Below the pieces are notes generated by a model. The model did no database searches and was not told the DNA's origin. It saw nothing but the letters and a program-made list of their open reading frames with translations. From an uncultured virus (IMG/VR IMGVR_UViG_3300027782_000070) (taxonomy: Duplodnaviria > Heunggongvirae > Uroviricota > Caudoviricetes), in IMG/VR virus record IMGVR_UViG_3300027782_000070: a stretch of DNA of 64,000 nucleotides; one strand, given 5' to 3'. Both the position numbers and the translations under genes were made by a program. Positions within the stretch are counted from its first letter, which is position 1. Each line of letters opens with the position of its first letter. Of the stretch, positions 25,201 through 34,800 are shown in pieces.

Positions 25201-27488
25201 CTACAATTTTTGTTTATGATAATTATAAAGTAGGTTCTTTACAAATTATTTCTGGTGGAGCAAATTATCTACAAGCACCAACAGTAAATCTTTATAGTAA
25301 AGCATCAAAGCAAATCATACAAGATTTTGTAACTTCAGTTGTTATGAAAGATGGTTCTATTAATACCATTGATTTAATTGATGGTAGTTCTGGACTAAAA
25401 TCCACAGATACTAAATTAGTTTTTAAAAATAATACAAATGGAGTTCAAATATTAGGAGCATCTTATAATTCATTAGATAAAAAAGTTACTTTAACTTTAA
25501 AAACTCCACCATTAGGATTTACTCTATCTAATAAGTTGCCATTTACTGCTGGTGATACAATTTTTATAGAAAATGTCACACCATCTGGATATAATTCATC
25601 ATCATATGATTATGAATTTTTTGTTATAGATTCTGTTAATCCTGCTTATGGGTCAGTAGATGGAGCTTCAATTACATATATTTCTCCAAGTGATCCTGGA
25701 TTTTTTGCCTTAGATTTATCTCCAAATGCAATAGTTGTCAATTCAAAATATATCCCACAAATAAATGTCACTTTAAAGAAAAATAATTTTTATTCAAAAG
25801 AATCTATATTAAATCATAATTCTATTGTTATTAATAATGATAAGAATGATCCTATATCAGATATTGTTAAAGTTAATACTCCAGATACTATTATTGTTGG
25901 AGATTCTATTATAGGTGCAAGTAGTAATGCCAAAGGAAAAGTTTCTAAAATTGAAACTTATTTTGCAAAATTCTTTAAAGATTCCAGTGTTTCTCAAGAA
26001 TTTGGTTGGAAACAAGATAGAGGAAAACTTTCTAATGTAGTTCAAAAATTGCCAGATAATGATTATTATCAAAATTTTTCATATTCATTAAAAAGTACTG
26101 AACAATTAAGTAATTGGGATTCTATTGTTTCAGATTTATCTCATGTATCTGGATATAAAAAGTTTTCAGATTTAATGGTAGAATCTGTTCCTGAAATACA
26201 ATTATCTGGAATAACAACAACACCAGGATCTTCTTCATCTTTAAATATTTCCTTAGAATCTTATGTTGATATAAACACTAAAAATACTTATGATTTGGTT
26301 ACTGAAAATGTTGAAGATTATAATTTAGTTTCTTCTGATAAAATTACATTCAATAGCAGAATCATTTCTGATTATCTTTTATCTAAGAATAATAGAGTTC
26401 TATCAGTAGATAACATTTCAAATTTATTTAATTTAGATAATGCTCCTGTAGTTTCAATTCTTGTAGATCAAATTCTTTCCAAACTAACATCAAAATATAT
26501 TTTCTTTATTCAATCATCAGAAACATTTTTGGGCAGTTATTTAAATCCAATGTTTTTTGAATTGTATTTAACTAGAAATGGAAATACTATAAATTTAACT
26601 TCTTATGCATATGATGATCCTAAAGGACTTGGAAAAATAACAGCAGATATAGATCCAACTAATAATGAGATTATACTTGTCAATTTTGCTCCCACAAATC
26701 CTTATGTAAGAATTTCTGTAAGAGCAATTAAAGAAGATGCAAATTTAAATGTAGGAATTACTACAAATTCTTATGGATATAATAAAAATATCAATATAAC
26801 TACAACATATGCTGCTGAACTAACACCAACACAGAAAACAATATACTCAATACCTTTATCAGAAACTAATTCTGGAACTTTATTTGTTGGAATTTCATCA
26901 TCAGCAAATAGTATTGAAAAATATTATGAAACTTCTTTCTTATATAATTTTGGAGATTTACAAACTAATATTTACTCTGAAAATATATTATCTGGAATTG
27001 GTACAATTGGCATTTCTACAAGTGGATCTAATTTAATAATTACATATGATGGAGAACCAAATGTTCCAGTAACTGTATATGGCAACTTTAATTTTATAGT
27101 AAATTCATCAACATCTCCACAACAACAAATTGATGGTTTTAGTAGATTAAATAGTAATAGTATTTCTATTGTTGGAGCTACTTCAGGAAACCCAGAACTT
27201 GTGTCTACCATGGATTCTGGGTATTCTGCATCAAAATATATTATTCAAGTAGAAAAAATAGTAGGGGTCACTTCAGAAAAAAGTTTAATCGGTATTGATA
27301 TGGTTAATTATTTTGGAAGTGATTATATGAAAAATATTCAATATGGGGTTTTAGGAAATATTAGTGATTTGAACTTTAGTGTACAATATGATGTCCTTTC
27401 AGATACCTATCAAGTATTTTATATTCCAACAGAAAATGCAGATTACAATATCACGTTCTTTGAAAAAAACATTTCATCAATACTTTAA
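19299..27488 (+). CDS. gp7: giant baseplate wedge initiator (gp7-like) with a YHYH-like domain
   Basis: Follows gp6; FYQSKGT...LFKVLYG, HSKIIGWAYDGCPIYGP, DNDYYQNFSYSLKS. Confidence 0.75.
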   Translation: MDQNKKVVKINDIVANQIPEFILSENPNFSEFLKQYYISQEFQSSSIDLAENLIEYKNVDTFDNTNLITNTTLTSVVEFFDDVINVDSTNGWPKEYGLLKIDDEIITYTGITTNSFTGCIRGFSGIESLSTDNNPEFLKFSQTDANEHLLTSIVYNLSNLFLQEFFRKIKYQFSPGFEDAIFDPQINPQNFISKVKTFYQSKGTDEAYKILFKVLYGENVEVIKPGNLTFTSSDDKWVVCETFACELISGNPTKIDGQTLYQDASTDGSILSANGSIYSVDRFYLDNKIYYKLNLFSGYSNNLSSKGSISGTFVETPKTYVVETVNANESTITVNSTIGFPNTGTLIINGITVTYTDKTNNQFLNCLGLTQNILPKYEVYGSNYVYAYDTELNQQVTLRILPLLSGLKETNALYATEKDPIQVENLGSLSDNGFTKTLIYNHPLTVYCGKVKQTLNSVDVEGLGLSNGICRTLYNHKLKTGDSISLYNYNTDELIVGNSNITVNVLSKKEFSLSVSGIGTDSIGKKIVAKRVLKKSLSIQYPEINNKFTSNIQDSYEDDNYNYITSNGFPNFSNITPYKREFTFTGIGITLNGLHNFNDGELVTLIDAYNVGFSTGESFYVKVVDTDTINLAYSAESAHLGSFVTLPVGISTLIDFNLYNNNFTSSKSFKKIPKILTVPTEEQVSPPGNIGILVNGVELQNYKSFDKIYYGKINKINVLNGGIDYDITNPPRYEVDFGSDTETVLVSNMTGTLTELIVTDSGYNYKTTPTVTLSGGGTDGTVKTDVKMKLKSKIIEFNAGSTANPTIVNTINERFDIVHGFVTGDAVIYQSFNQTPIPIGLVDADGSLINNGTYYIINLNNGNSFALASTKNDALLGNSINLRSTGTGIQRFVGVDKKLVIDKVNIVGGNLEFKYKKLFTYEEGVNYFDNIFIIQNHGLIENDEVFYSFTGTALNNLSTTTKYYVKKLDNNKFKLKTSKTSTSTVNFGASDSTSIHYFEYSPITVNISGALEKDISNNFIGTPATIKPIVLGKVDTVNVVKSKSGYGSDSIVNFNYSPKVSELVGSGASIQALIFNGEINSVLVKTKGTNYFNSIKLQVVGTGYGAVLEPNIVNGEIVSVNIVNPGVGYDNTTRINIISVGKDLKVSSELQSWTLNEIDKLALSNTIDGVLLGKNYNLFGNIFGIFHLTNSNFFTEFRIPSVTTTNPPTVHSKIIGWAYDGCPIYGPDGYKNSDGTGGIKRLTSSYNLKQNKETPNTYSFIEDYEYINGLGDLDEHNGRYCITPEYPNGVYAYFCTMTNNRIPVFPYIIGDTYKFVIESDNFNLKINQSINFNNLDIVKHTLPYGVENKDNYYDYVKFNANSSVNDGIVVNTSLGSVDDILVLNGGKSYSILDAINFDNTNTDGFGAFAEVSELSGVGVNSITSVINQISNLTFTYDNNKVIGISTLPHNLINDTYVNISSISDANFVEIEGFRKINTLSFTTNLAESLGSQSITGTFTSIKVKSSIFNFDIDFKIQIEDEILTVVGLDYENNAVNVQRELFAPAHAANVTVTLLSNKIYFDYPKILNLNESNDSYYFLPSSSVSIGTDRSVGMGNTLTIYPLGYGVSVTKFISPGEILLPNNKFNTGDSIVYHPGQNPIIVNGGASLNTLANLYVIKTGENTIGLVTERSQLKSTDNLILFSASQTLDTSGLHKFTTNRDIVTGNVLFNQVTVNTTENHNLSVNDEVYLNVTSGITTTLTVTYGSGSAKLSINGLINPKIDLYKNDTVIFDLSSSTLSNTVFKLYTDKNFVNEYLGNQENGLEVIKADTSLTLKISEYTPRILYYNIESTIKKVYIDETVDRFNTILTNESYYSNKHLNVVSTTDTSFTLNYPNVCERPQYTSALSTLLYNVISSNYSGPIAKINILSKGCEYKKLPLIKSISGNGSDANLLPISNTIGKIIKSKIINNEFVLPSDKTLNPFSNLYSTIFVYDNYKVGSLQIISGGANYLQAPTVNLYSKASKQIIQDFVTSVVMKDGSINTIDLIDGSSGLKSTDTKLVFKNNTNGVQILGASYNSLDKKVTLTLKTPPLGFTLSNKLPFTAGDTIFIENVTPSGYNSSSYDYEFFVIDSVNPAYGSVDGASITYISPSDPGFFALDLSPNAIVVNSKYIPQINVTLKKNNFYSKESILNHNSIVINNDKNDPISDIVKVNTPDTIIVGDSIIGASSNAKGKVSKIETYFAKFFKDSSVSQEFGWKQDRGKLSNVVQKLPDNDYYQNFSYSLKSTEQLSNWDSIVSDLSHVSGYKKFSDLMVESVPEIQLSGITTTPGSSSSLNISLESYVDINTKNTYDLVTENVEDYNLVSSDKITFNSRIISDYLLSKNNRVLSVDNISNLFNLDNAPVVSILVDQILSKLTSKYIFFIQSSETFLGSYLNPMFFELYLTRNGNTINLTSYAYDDPKGLGKITADIDPTNNEIILVNFAPTNPYVRISVRAIKEDANLNVGITTNSYGYNKNINITTTYAAELTPTQKTIYSIPLSETNSGTLFVGISSSANSIEKYYETSFLYNFGDLQTNIYSENILSGIGTIGISTSGSNLIITYDGEPNVPVTVYGNFNFIVNSSTSPQQQIDGFSRLNSNSISIVGATSGNPELVSTMDSGYSASKYIIQVEKIVGVTSEKSLIGIDMVNYFGSDYMKNIQYGVLGNISDLNFSVQYDVLSDTYQVFYIPTENADYNITFFEKNISSIL

Positions 27489-27495
27489 TTAAAAA

Positions 27496-30234
27496 ATGGC
27501 AAATATAGAAGCAACATATATTCCAAATGTTTTTGGAAGAACAAGTTTTCCACTAGAACATCAAACATATCCCATTTTTTATAAAAGGTTTGATGGTAGT
27601 AGTAGTAATATAGTAGATACTGATAATGATACTATAAAAATTATAAATCATTTTTATAATACTGGAGAACCAATTAAATATCAACCTTCCATAACTGGAT
27701 ATAGTATTGGAATAAATTCATTAAGCCCTGGTGCTAGTGGGATTACTACATTGCCTCCTATAATATATCCCATTGTTGTAAATAAAGATACTATAAGAGT
27801 TGCTCTTGCTGCATCCTTAGCATTAAGTAATTCATATGTGGATATTACAAATGTTGGGGTTGGAACAGACCACACATTTGAAATGTTTAAGCAAAATTCA
27901 AAATCATTAATTACTATTGATAATATAATTCAATCTCCATTATCTGTTGGTTCTACCACAGGATATACAGTTTCTCCCTCCAATAATTCTGTTATTATAG
28001 TAGATTCTTTAGAAAATATTAAACCAGGAACTATTTTAAAATTTAATACAGAATTAGCAAGGGTAATTTCAATTTTAGATTACAATACAAAAAGTGTTAT
28101 TTTATTGAGAAATGCTTCATTTTTAGGAACAAATTTGGAAAATATTAATAATTTTTCAGTAGTTTCTATAATGGAAGGAAATTATAATATTTTAAAAAGT
28201 AATATTTATTTTACTAGTGCTCCACTAGAAGGAAAAGTTATTAATGTTAAAATACCTGCAGAAGATATAATTTATACAGAGTACTCATTTAATTTAGTTG
28301 GAAGTACATTTCAAACTGGAGATCAAGCTGTCATTTATTCAATTAGACCACCAGATGGATTAATTTCTAATAAAAATTATTTTTTAATTAAAAATTTTGA
28401 AAATAATTTTAGTTTTGCATCTTCTTATTTGGATTCACAAAATAATATAAAAATACCAATTTCAAATCCATTTCCAATTTCAGACCCAGTTAAAACTATT
28501 GAGATATTTCAAGTTGAACCAAATAATAATAGTACTTTTAATGGAAGAATATTTTTAAAATCAAATTATGATAATAATTTAGTTTTTGATGATATTTCAG
28601 AACAATTTAATGGAATTACTACATCCTTTACACTAACTTCTTCTGGAATTAATACAGTTGGAATAAAATCAGATAATGGAATTGTATTGATTAATAATAT
28701 TTTTCAATATCCAGAATTTGAAGAATCTTTTATTTTTAATGAAGATACTGTTTCTGGAATTACCAGTATTACCTTTATAGGCAATAATAAAACTGGAATA
28801 TTAACATCTAAAGATTATGATGTTAATATTGCAGGATATCCAAGAGGAGGAATAATAGTTGGTTATGGGTTATCTTCTGGAAATAATTATCAACCTCTAG
28901 TTCAAGCAGAAGCATATGTTTATGCAATTACTCCAGAGGGAACTATAGCAGGAGTAACAATAACCAATCCAGGATCTGGTTATAAAGATGGTACTTATAG
29001 TGTAAGATTTGAAAATCAAAATGAAGAGTTAAGTTCTGCTTTGGCAGAAGCTATTGTGTCTGATGGTCAGGTAGTTGTTATAAATCTTATAGATAATGTT
29101 CCAACTGGAACATATACTCCATCAACTTCCCCATCTGTAATTATAGATCCTCCAATAGCATATGATAATGTTCCTCTTCAAGGGTCTACATTAGGTATAG
29201 GTGCTTCTGTATCATTTAATATTTCCATTAATGGAACAATTAAAGATTTTTATGTTACTAATGCTGGGTATGGATATACAATAGGAGAAGTTCTTTATCC
29301 TACAGGAATAGTTACTGCTTCAGCATATACTGCTTCTGATGCTTTACAATTCACAGTTACAGAAGTTGGGAAGGATGCTTTTGCTGCTTGGAATATAGGA
29401 ATATTGCAAAAATTAGATGATTTAACTCCCTATGTAGATGGAGTTAGAAAAACCTTTACTATTAGAGAAACTATAGACAATGTATCAAATCCACTTAGCT
29501 TAGAATCTGAAGCAGGGTCTGAAATTGATTTGTCATATAATCTATTAGTATTTTTAAATGATGTATTACAAATCCCAGGACAATCTTATAAATTTAATGG
29601 AGGAACACAAATAACTTTTGTAGAAGCACCTCCAGCACTATTGAAAGAAGATGGTACATACGAAAGAAGTACTTTAAAAGTTTATTTTTACAAAGGTACT
29701 TTTGGTGATACTGAACTAGTTGATGTGGAAGAAACTATTAAAAAAGGTGATAATGTACAAATTAAAAAAGATCTTTTTGCAACATCCCCACAAAAACAAC
29801 TTTCTAGGACAGTAAAAGAAATATTGACTTCAGATCAATTAAAAACTGAATTATATAATTTAGAAGGATTATCTTCAAATTCATCACAATTAAGAGCAAT
29901 TGATTGGACTCAACAAAAGAGAGATTTAATTATTGATGGATACATAGTACCAAAATCTAGAATATCTCAAAAATCTAAAGTTGGAATATATACAGGAATA
30001 AGTGTTACTGCAGGAACTTTTACTGGAATAAGTACTGTTGGAATTAACACGTTGGTTGGTGTTGGAATTCAACTTGGAGATTATTTAGAATCTGACTTTA
30101 TAGGATATGGATCTACTGTAGTTTCAATTGGATCATCTTATGTTGGATTATCAACTTATCAAAATTCAGTTGGAATATCTTCAGTTTCAATTTGGAGATA
30201 TATATATGATGCATCTAATAATGTTTGGAATTGA
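27496..30234 (+). CDS. large baseplate/structural protein (possibly the C-terminal part of a split gp7-like protein)
   Basis: Beta-rich GxGY repeats; lies between gp7-like and gp8. Confidence 0.65.
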   Translation: MANIEATYIPNVFGRTSFPLEHQTYPIFYKRFDGSSSNIVDTDNDTIKIINHFYNTGEPIKYQPSITGYSIGINSLSPGASGITTLPPIIYPIVVNKDTIRVALAASLALSNSYVDITNVGVGTDHTFEMFKQNSKSLITIDNIIQSPLSVGSTTGYTVSPSNNSVIIVDSLENIKPGTILKFNTELARVISILDYNTKSVILLRNASFLGTNLENINNFSVVSIMEGNYNILKSNIYFTSAPLEGKVINVKIPAEDIIYTEYSFNLVGSTFQTGDQAVIYSIRPPDGLISNKNYFLIKNFENNFSFASSYLDSQNNIKIPISNPFPISDPVKTIEIFQVEPNNNSTFNGRIFLKSNYDNNLVFDDISEQFNGITTSFTLTSSGINTVGIKSDNGIVLINNIFQYPEFEESFIFNEDTVSGITSITFIGNNKTGILTSKDYDVNIAGYPRGGIIVGYGLSSGNNYQPLVQAEAYVYAITPEGTIAGVTITNPGSGYKDGTYSVRFENQNEELSSALAEAIVSDGQVVVINLIDNVPTGTYTPSTSPSVIIDPPIAYDNVPLQGSTLGIGASVSFNISINGTIKDFYVTNAGYGYTIGEVLYPTGIVTASAYTASDALQFTVTEVGKDAFAAWNIGILQKLDDLTPYVDGVRKTFTIRETIDNVSNPLSLESEAGSEIDLSYNLLVFLNDVLQIPGQSYKFNGGTQITFVEAPPALLKEDGTYERSTLKVYFYKGTFGDTELVDVEETIKKGDNVQIKKDLFATSPQKQLSRTVKEILTSDQLKTELYNLEGLSSNSSQLRAIDWTQQKRDLIIDGYIVPKSRISQKSKVGIYTGISVTAGTFTGISTVGINTLVGVGIQLGDYLESDFIGYGSTVVSIGSSYVGLSTYQNSVGISSVSIWRYIYDASNNVWN

Positions 30235-30260
30235 AATAAATAACATAAAGTGCCACTAAA

Positions 30261-31814
30261 ATGCCAGCAATTATAACAGATAATTTAAGAATACAAAATT
30301 GCACTAATACAATTGATGATATTAGTGCAAATGGAAATTACTATACATTTATAGGTCTTTCCAATTACCAAGAGATTAGAACAGATTGGAATAGTAATAC
30401 TCCAGATCCAATAGATAATTTTAATCATTTAAATGAATATAAAAATACTGTTCTTGGTGTTAAAAAATTAACATCTTCTAATGTAATTAGAGTTATTCCA
30501 AAAATTGTTTGGCAGTCTGGATTAAAATATGATATGTATAGGCATGATTATAGTGCCAACAATTTAACACCAATTACGAATTATACTACATTGTATAGTA
30601 GTAGATATTATGTAATGAATAGTGAATATAAAGTTTATATTTGCATCAACAATGGGGCATCTCCATCCAATAATAATAAGGGTGTAGTATCAGTTAATGA
30701 ACCATTACATACAGACATTCTTTTAGAGTCTGATGGATATACTTGGAAATATTTGTATACTATTTCACCAGCAGATGTATTAAAATTTGATTCTACTAAT
30801 TATATTTCTGTTCCTAATAATTGGGAAACAAGTACAAATACAGAAATTGCTAGAATTAGAGATTCTGCTGTTGATGGAGCAATCCAAACTATTTTAATTG
30901 AATCTGCTACAGAATATTCAACAAGTCAAACAATAATCAATAATGTTGACATTCTTGGTGATGGTACTGGAGGAAAAGCAACAGTAGAATTTGATGAGCA
31001 ATTAAGGCCAAGTAAAGTTACAGTCACTTCATCAGGTTCTGGTTATACATTTGCAACACTTGATTTAGATTCTATTGTAGCACCAAAATTTTCAAAATCA
31101 ATATTTAATGTAATTATTCCCCCACCAGGAGGACATGGAGGTAATATTTACAAAGAACTTGGATGTAATAAATTATTGGCATATACCAGGATAGAAAATA
31201 TTATTGGAAATCCAGACTTTATTGAAGGAAATCAATTTGCTAGAGTTGGAATTTTTAGAAATTTAAAGGCATTTGGAGGAACTACTAATTTTACTGACAC
31301 AACAGGTTCTGGTGTTTATGCTATTAAATTGTTGGGAGATGCATCTGCAGGATTTACTGAGGATTCTAAAATTATTCAAGCAAGTACAGGTGCTGTTGGA
31401 AGTGTAGTCAGTGTCACTTACATTAATTCAACAACATTTGTAGTTAAATATACAAAACCAAAAGAATTTTATACAGATACTTATACTTCAGGAACTACAA
31501 CTTCTTCAGATCCATATTTTGTTGGTACTTCTTTTTCAAACTATACTGAACCTTCTAATGGATACAATTATGCAAATTTTGATGGAAGCAGCGTAGTTAT
31601 AACTGATGGAGTAACTTCATCTACTTATTCAGTAGATACTTCATTTTTTGGAATTAATGTTGGTAATATATATTTTGGTCAAACTTTTGTTGGTGGTCTT
31701 TCCAATCCAGATATAAATACAAAGAGTGGTGATATTGTCTATGTAGATAACAGAGTTTCTGTTACCAGACAATCTCAACAAAGAGAAGATATTAAAATTA
31801 TCATAGAGTTCTAA
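30261..31814 (+). CDS. gp8: baseplate wedge protein gp8
   Basis: YDMYRHDY, YKVYICINN, DGYTWKYLY, QREDIKIIIEF. Confidence 0.9.
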   Translation: MPAIITDNLRIQNCTNTIDDISANGNYYTFIGLSNYQEIRTDWNSNTPDPIDNFNHLNEYKNTVLGVKKLTSSNVIRVIPKIVWQSGLKYDMYRHDYSANNLTPITNYTTLYSSRYYVMNSEYKVYICINNGASPSNNNKGVVSVNEPLHTDILLESDGYTWKYLYTISPADVLKFDSTNYISVPNNWETSTNTEIARIRDSAVDGAIQTILIESATEYSTSQTIINNVDILGDGTGGKATVEFDEQLRPSKVTVTSSGSGYTFATLDLDSIVAPKFSKSIFNVIIPPPGGHGGNIYKELGCNKLLAYTRIENIIGNPDFIEGNQFARVGIFRNLKAFGGTTNFTDTTGSGVYAIKLLGDASAGFTEDSKIIQASTGAVGSVVSVTYINSTTFVVKYTKPKEFYTDTYTSGTTTSSDPYFVGTSFSNYTEPSNGYNYANFDGSSVVITDGVTSSTYSVDTSFFGINVGNIYFGQTFVGGLSNPDINTKSGDIVYVDNRVSVTRQSQQREDIKIIIEF

Positions 31815-31815
31815 A

Positions 31816-34800
31816 ATGCCCCAAAGTACTAATCTCAATAAAAGTCCATATTTTGATGACTTTAGCGAGAGTAATGATTACTACAAGGTTTTATTTAAAC
31901 CTGGAGTAACAGTACAGACTAGAGAATTAACTACGCTCCAATCAATATTACAAAATCAAATTGAAAAATTTGGAAATTCTTTTTTTAATGATGGTGGTGT
32001 AGTAATTCCTGGTGGGTATAAATATGATAATAATTTTACTGCAGTAGAAATAGAAAGTACCTACAATGGTATTGATGTAGAATCATATTATTCTAATTTA
32101 ATTGGAAAAGAAATCCAAGGAAAATTATCAAATATTAAAGCAAAAGTAGTAAAAGTTCTTTCTAAGTTAGATTCAAAAAGAGAATCTACAACACTTTATA
32201 TTAATTATTTAAGTTCATCAAACACTACAGATACTACATCTTTTACAGATCAAGTATTTTTTGATGGGGAAGAATTAATTGTTCTTGAAGACCTTCAAGT
32301 AGGAAATTCATATATTTTTACAAATTCAGAATTTGCAAAAGTTTCTTCTTTTGTAAATAGAGTTTCTACATCAATATCTTCTGCTGCCAAAATAGATTCT
32401 GGTGTTTATTTTGTAAGAGGATATTTTGTAAATGTAAATGAAGATACTATAATTTTAGATCAATATTCAAATACACCTTCTTACAGAGTTGGATTACAAA
32501 TTGTAGAAAGTTTAGTAAATTCTGATGAAGATTCATCATTAAATGATAATGCCCAAGGATTTTCAAACTATGCAGCTCCAGGAGCAGATAGATTAAAAAT
32601 TACTTTAAGTTTAATTAAAAAACCTTTAGATGACTTTAATGATAATGATTTTATAGAACTTTTTAGAGTTACTAATGGTTTATTGCAAACTATTAAAAAG
32701 AATGATAGTTTGAATAGTATTAATGATATCTTAGCAAGAAGAACATTTGAGGAATCTGGAAACTATTATGTTTATCCATATTCAATAGAAGCAACTGAAT
32801 CTTTAAATAATTACCTTGGAAATGGTGGAATATACTTAGATACTCAAAAAACACAAGATGGGTCAACTCCATCTGCAGATCTTGGGTTACTCAAAGTTTC
32901 TCCAGGTAAATCATATGTAAAGGGATATGAGATATCTACAGGGTCTGTATTATTAGATTATCCAAAACCAAGAGAAACAAAAACAGTTAATTCATCATCT
33001 TCATTTTATGGTGGTGATTTAATTAGAATTAATAATGTTTTTAATTCACCAAACATTGGATTATCTACATCAGACACAATATCTTTGATGAATCAAAGAT
33101 TGGAAAATGGCGTTGCTTTAGGAAGCACTATTGGTCTTGCTAGAGTTTATGATTTTGAATCTAATAATACATCTTATTCAAGTCCATCAAGTCAGTTTAA
33201 TTTATATCTATTTGATATTCAAACATATACTAACCTAACATTATCAGGATCTGTTGCATCAATCAATGTTGGGTCTTTTATAAAAGGAAATAATAGTGGT
33301 GCTACTGGATATGTTAAAGTAGTAACAACTGGATCAAATATAAATTTATATCAAGTATCTGGAAAATTCTTTGTTGGAGAATCTTTAACTGTAGATGGTG
33401 TAGAAGTTGTTCAAACCATTCAAACAATAACAGATTATTCTATCAATGATGTTAAATCAGTATATCAACCAATTACAAGTTTTAGAGGAGATTCTGTATT
33501 ATCTAAAGGATACAGTATTATAGGACCATTTACATTTAACATAGATGCTGGTATTACTACAGTCACATCTGATAATGGAAGTTCATTTGCTAGTGCATTG
33601 AATGTAAATGATGTTATTTCATATTCAATCTCAGGAATTAATTCAGCAATTTATGTTGGTGTAACATCAATATATGCATCAAAAAATAAAATTGAAATTG
33701 TTGGATTATCTACAGTAACAAATATTTGTTCTGGAGACATTGGAACAGGAACATATCAAATACAAAATTTAAATTTAATTAGACCAACAATAGTTATTAA
33801 TAAGGAAGAATCTTCCTCTTTATATTCAAAATTAAGCAATTCTAATATTTCTAATGTAGATACATTAAACACCAATATTTACATTAAAAAGCAAAATACA
33901 CTTTCCAGAACAGGAACAACTTTAACATTGCCAACATTAACTGGCAATTATGTTTATACTTCTTTTGATGAAGAAAGATATTTGTTATCAAATTCTGATG
34001 AAACATTAGAAAATCTTTCTAATGCAACTTTTACATATACTAATGGAAATAAAGATTTAACTATTTCTGGATTAACTAACTTTACAGGAACATCTTATAT
34101 TATTTCAACTCAAATTAAATCAAAAGTAACATCTAAATTTAAAAAATTAAACAGATGTTTTGTTTCTACAGTAACAAATACAAAATATACTGAACCAAAA
34201 AATGTTGGGTTGGCAGCAACAACTGTTTATGGCGTAAGAGTTGAAGATAATGAAATTAGCTTGAATGTTGCTGATGCTATTCAAGTTCATGGTATATTTG
34301 AATCATCTACAACATCTGATGCAGCATTGCCCTATATTGCCCTCTCAGGAATATCTGGACCACTTTCAAATACCAATGACCTAATAGTTGGTGAAGTTGC
34401 TGTTGGAGCAGATTCTGGTGCTGTTGCAATCTATGCTCAACAAAAAACAACAACACAAATTTACTTGGTTTATAAAAACAATAAATCATTTATTTCAGGT
34501 GAAATAGTTACATTCCAAGAAAGTGGATATACTGCAACAGTATCATCAGTAACATCTGGAGACAAAAATATTGTTAATGATTTTATCTTTGATAATGGAC
34601 AAAGAAAGCAATATTATGACTTTTCAAGATTAATAAGAAAAGATAATTCTAAAGAACCTTCAGGAAGATTAAAAATTGTATTTGATTATTTCTCATTTGA
34701 ATCAACAGATAATGGAGATATTATTACATCAAATAGTTATCCATCATCAGTAGATAAAAATTTAATTCCAGTATTTGAATCTATAAGAAATACAGATGCA

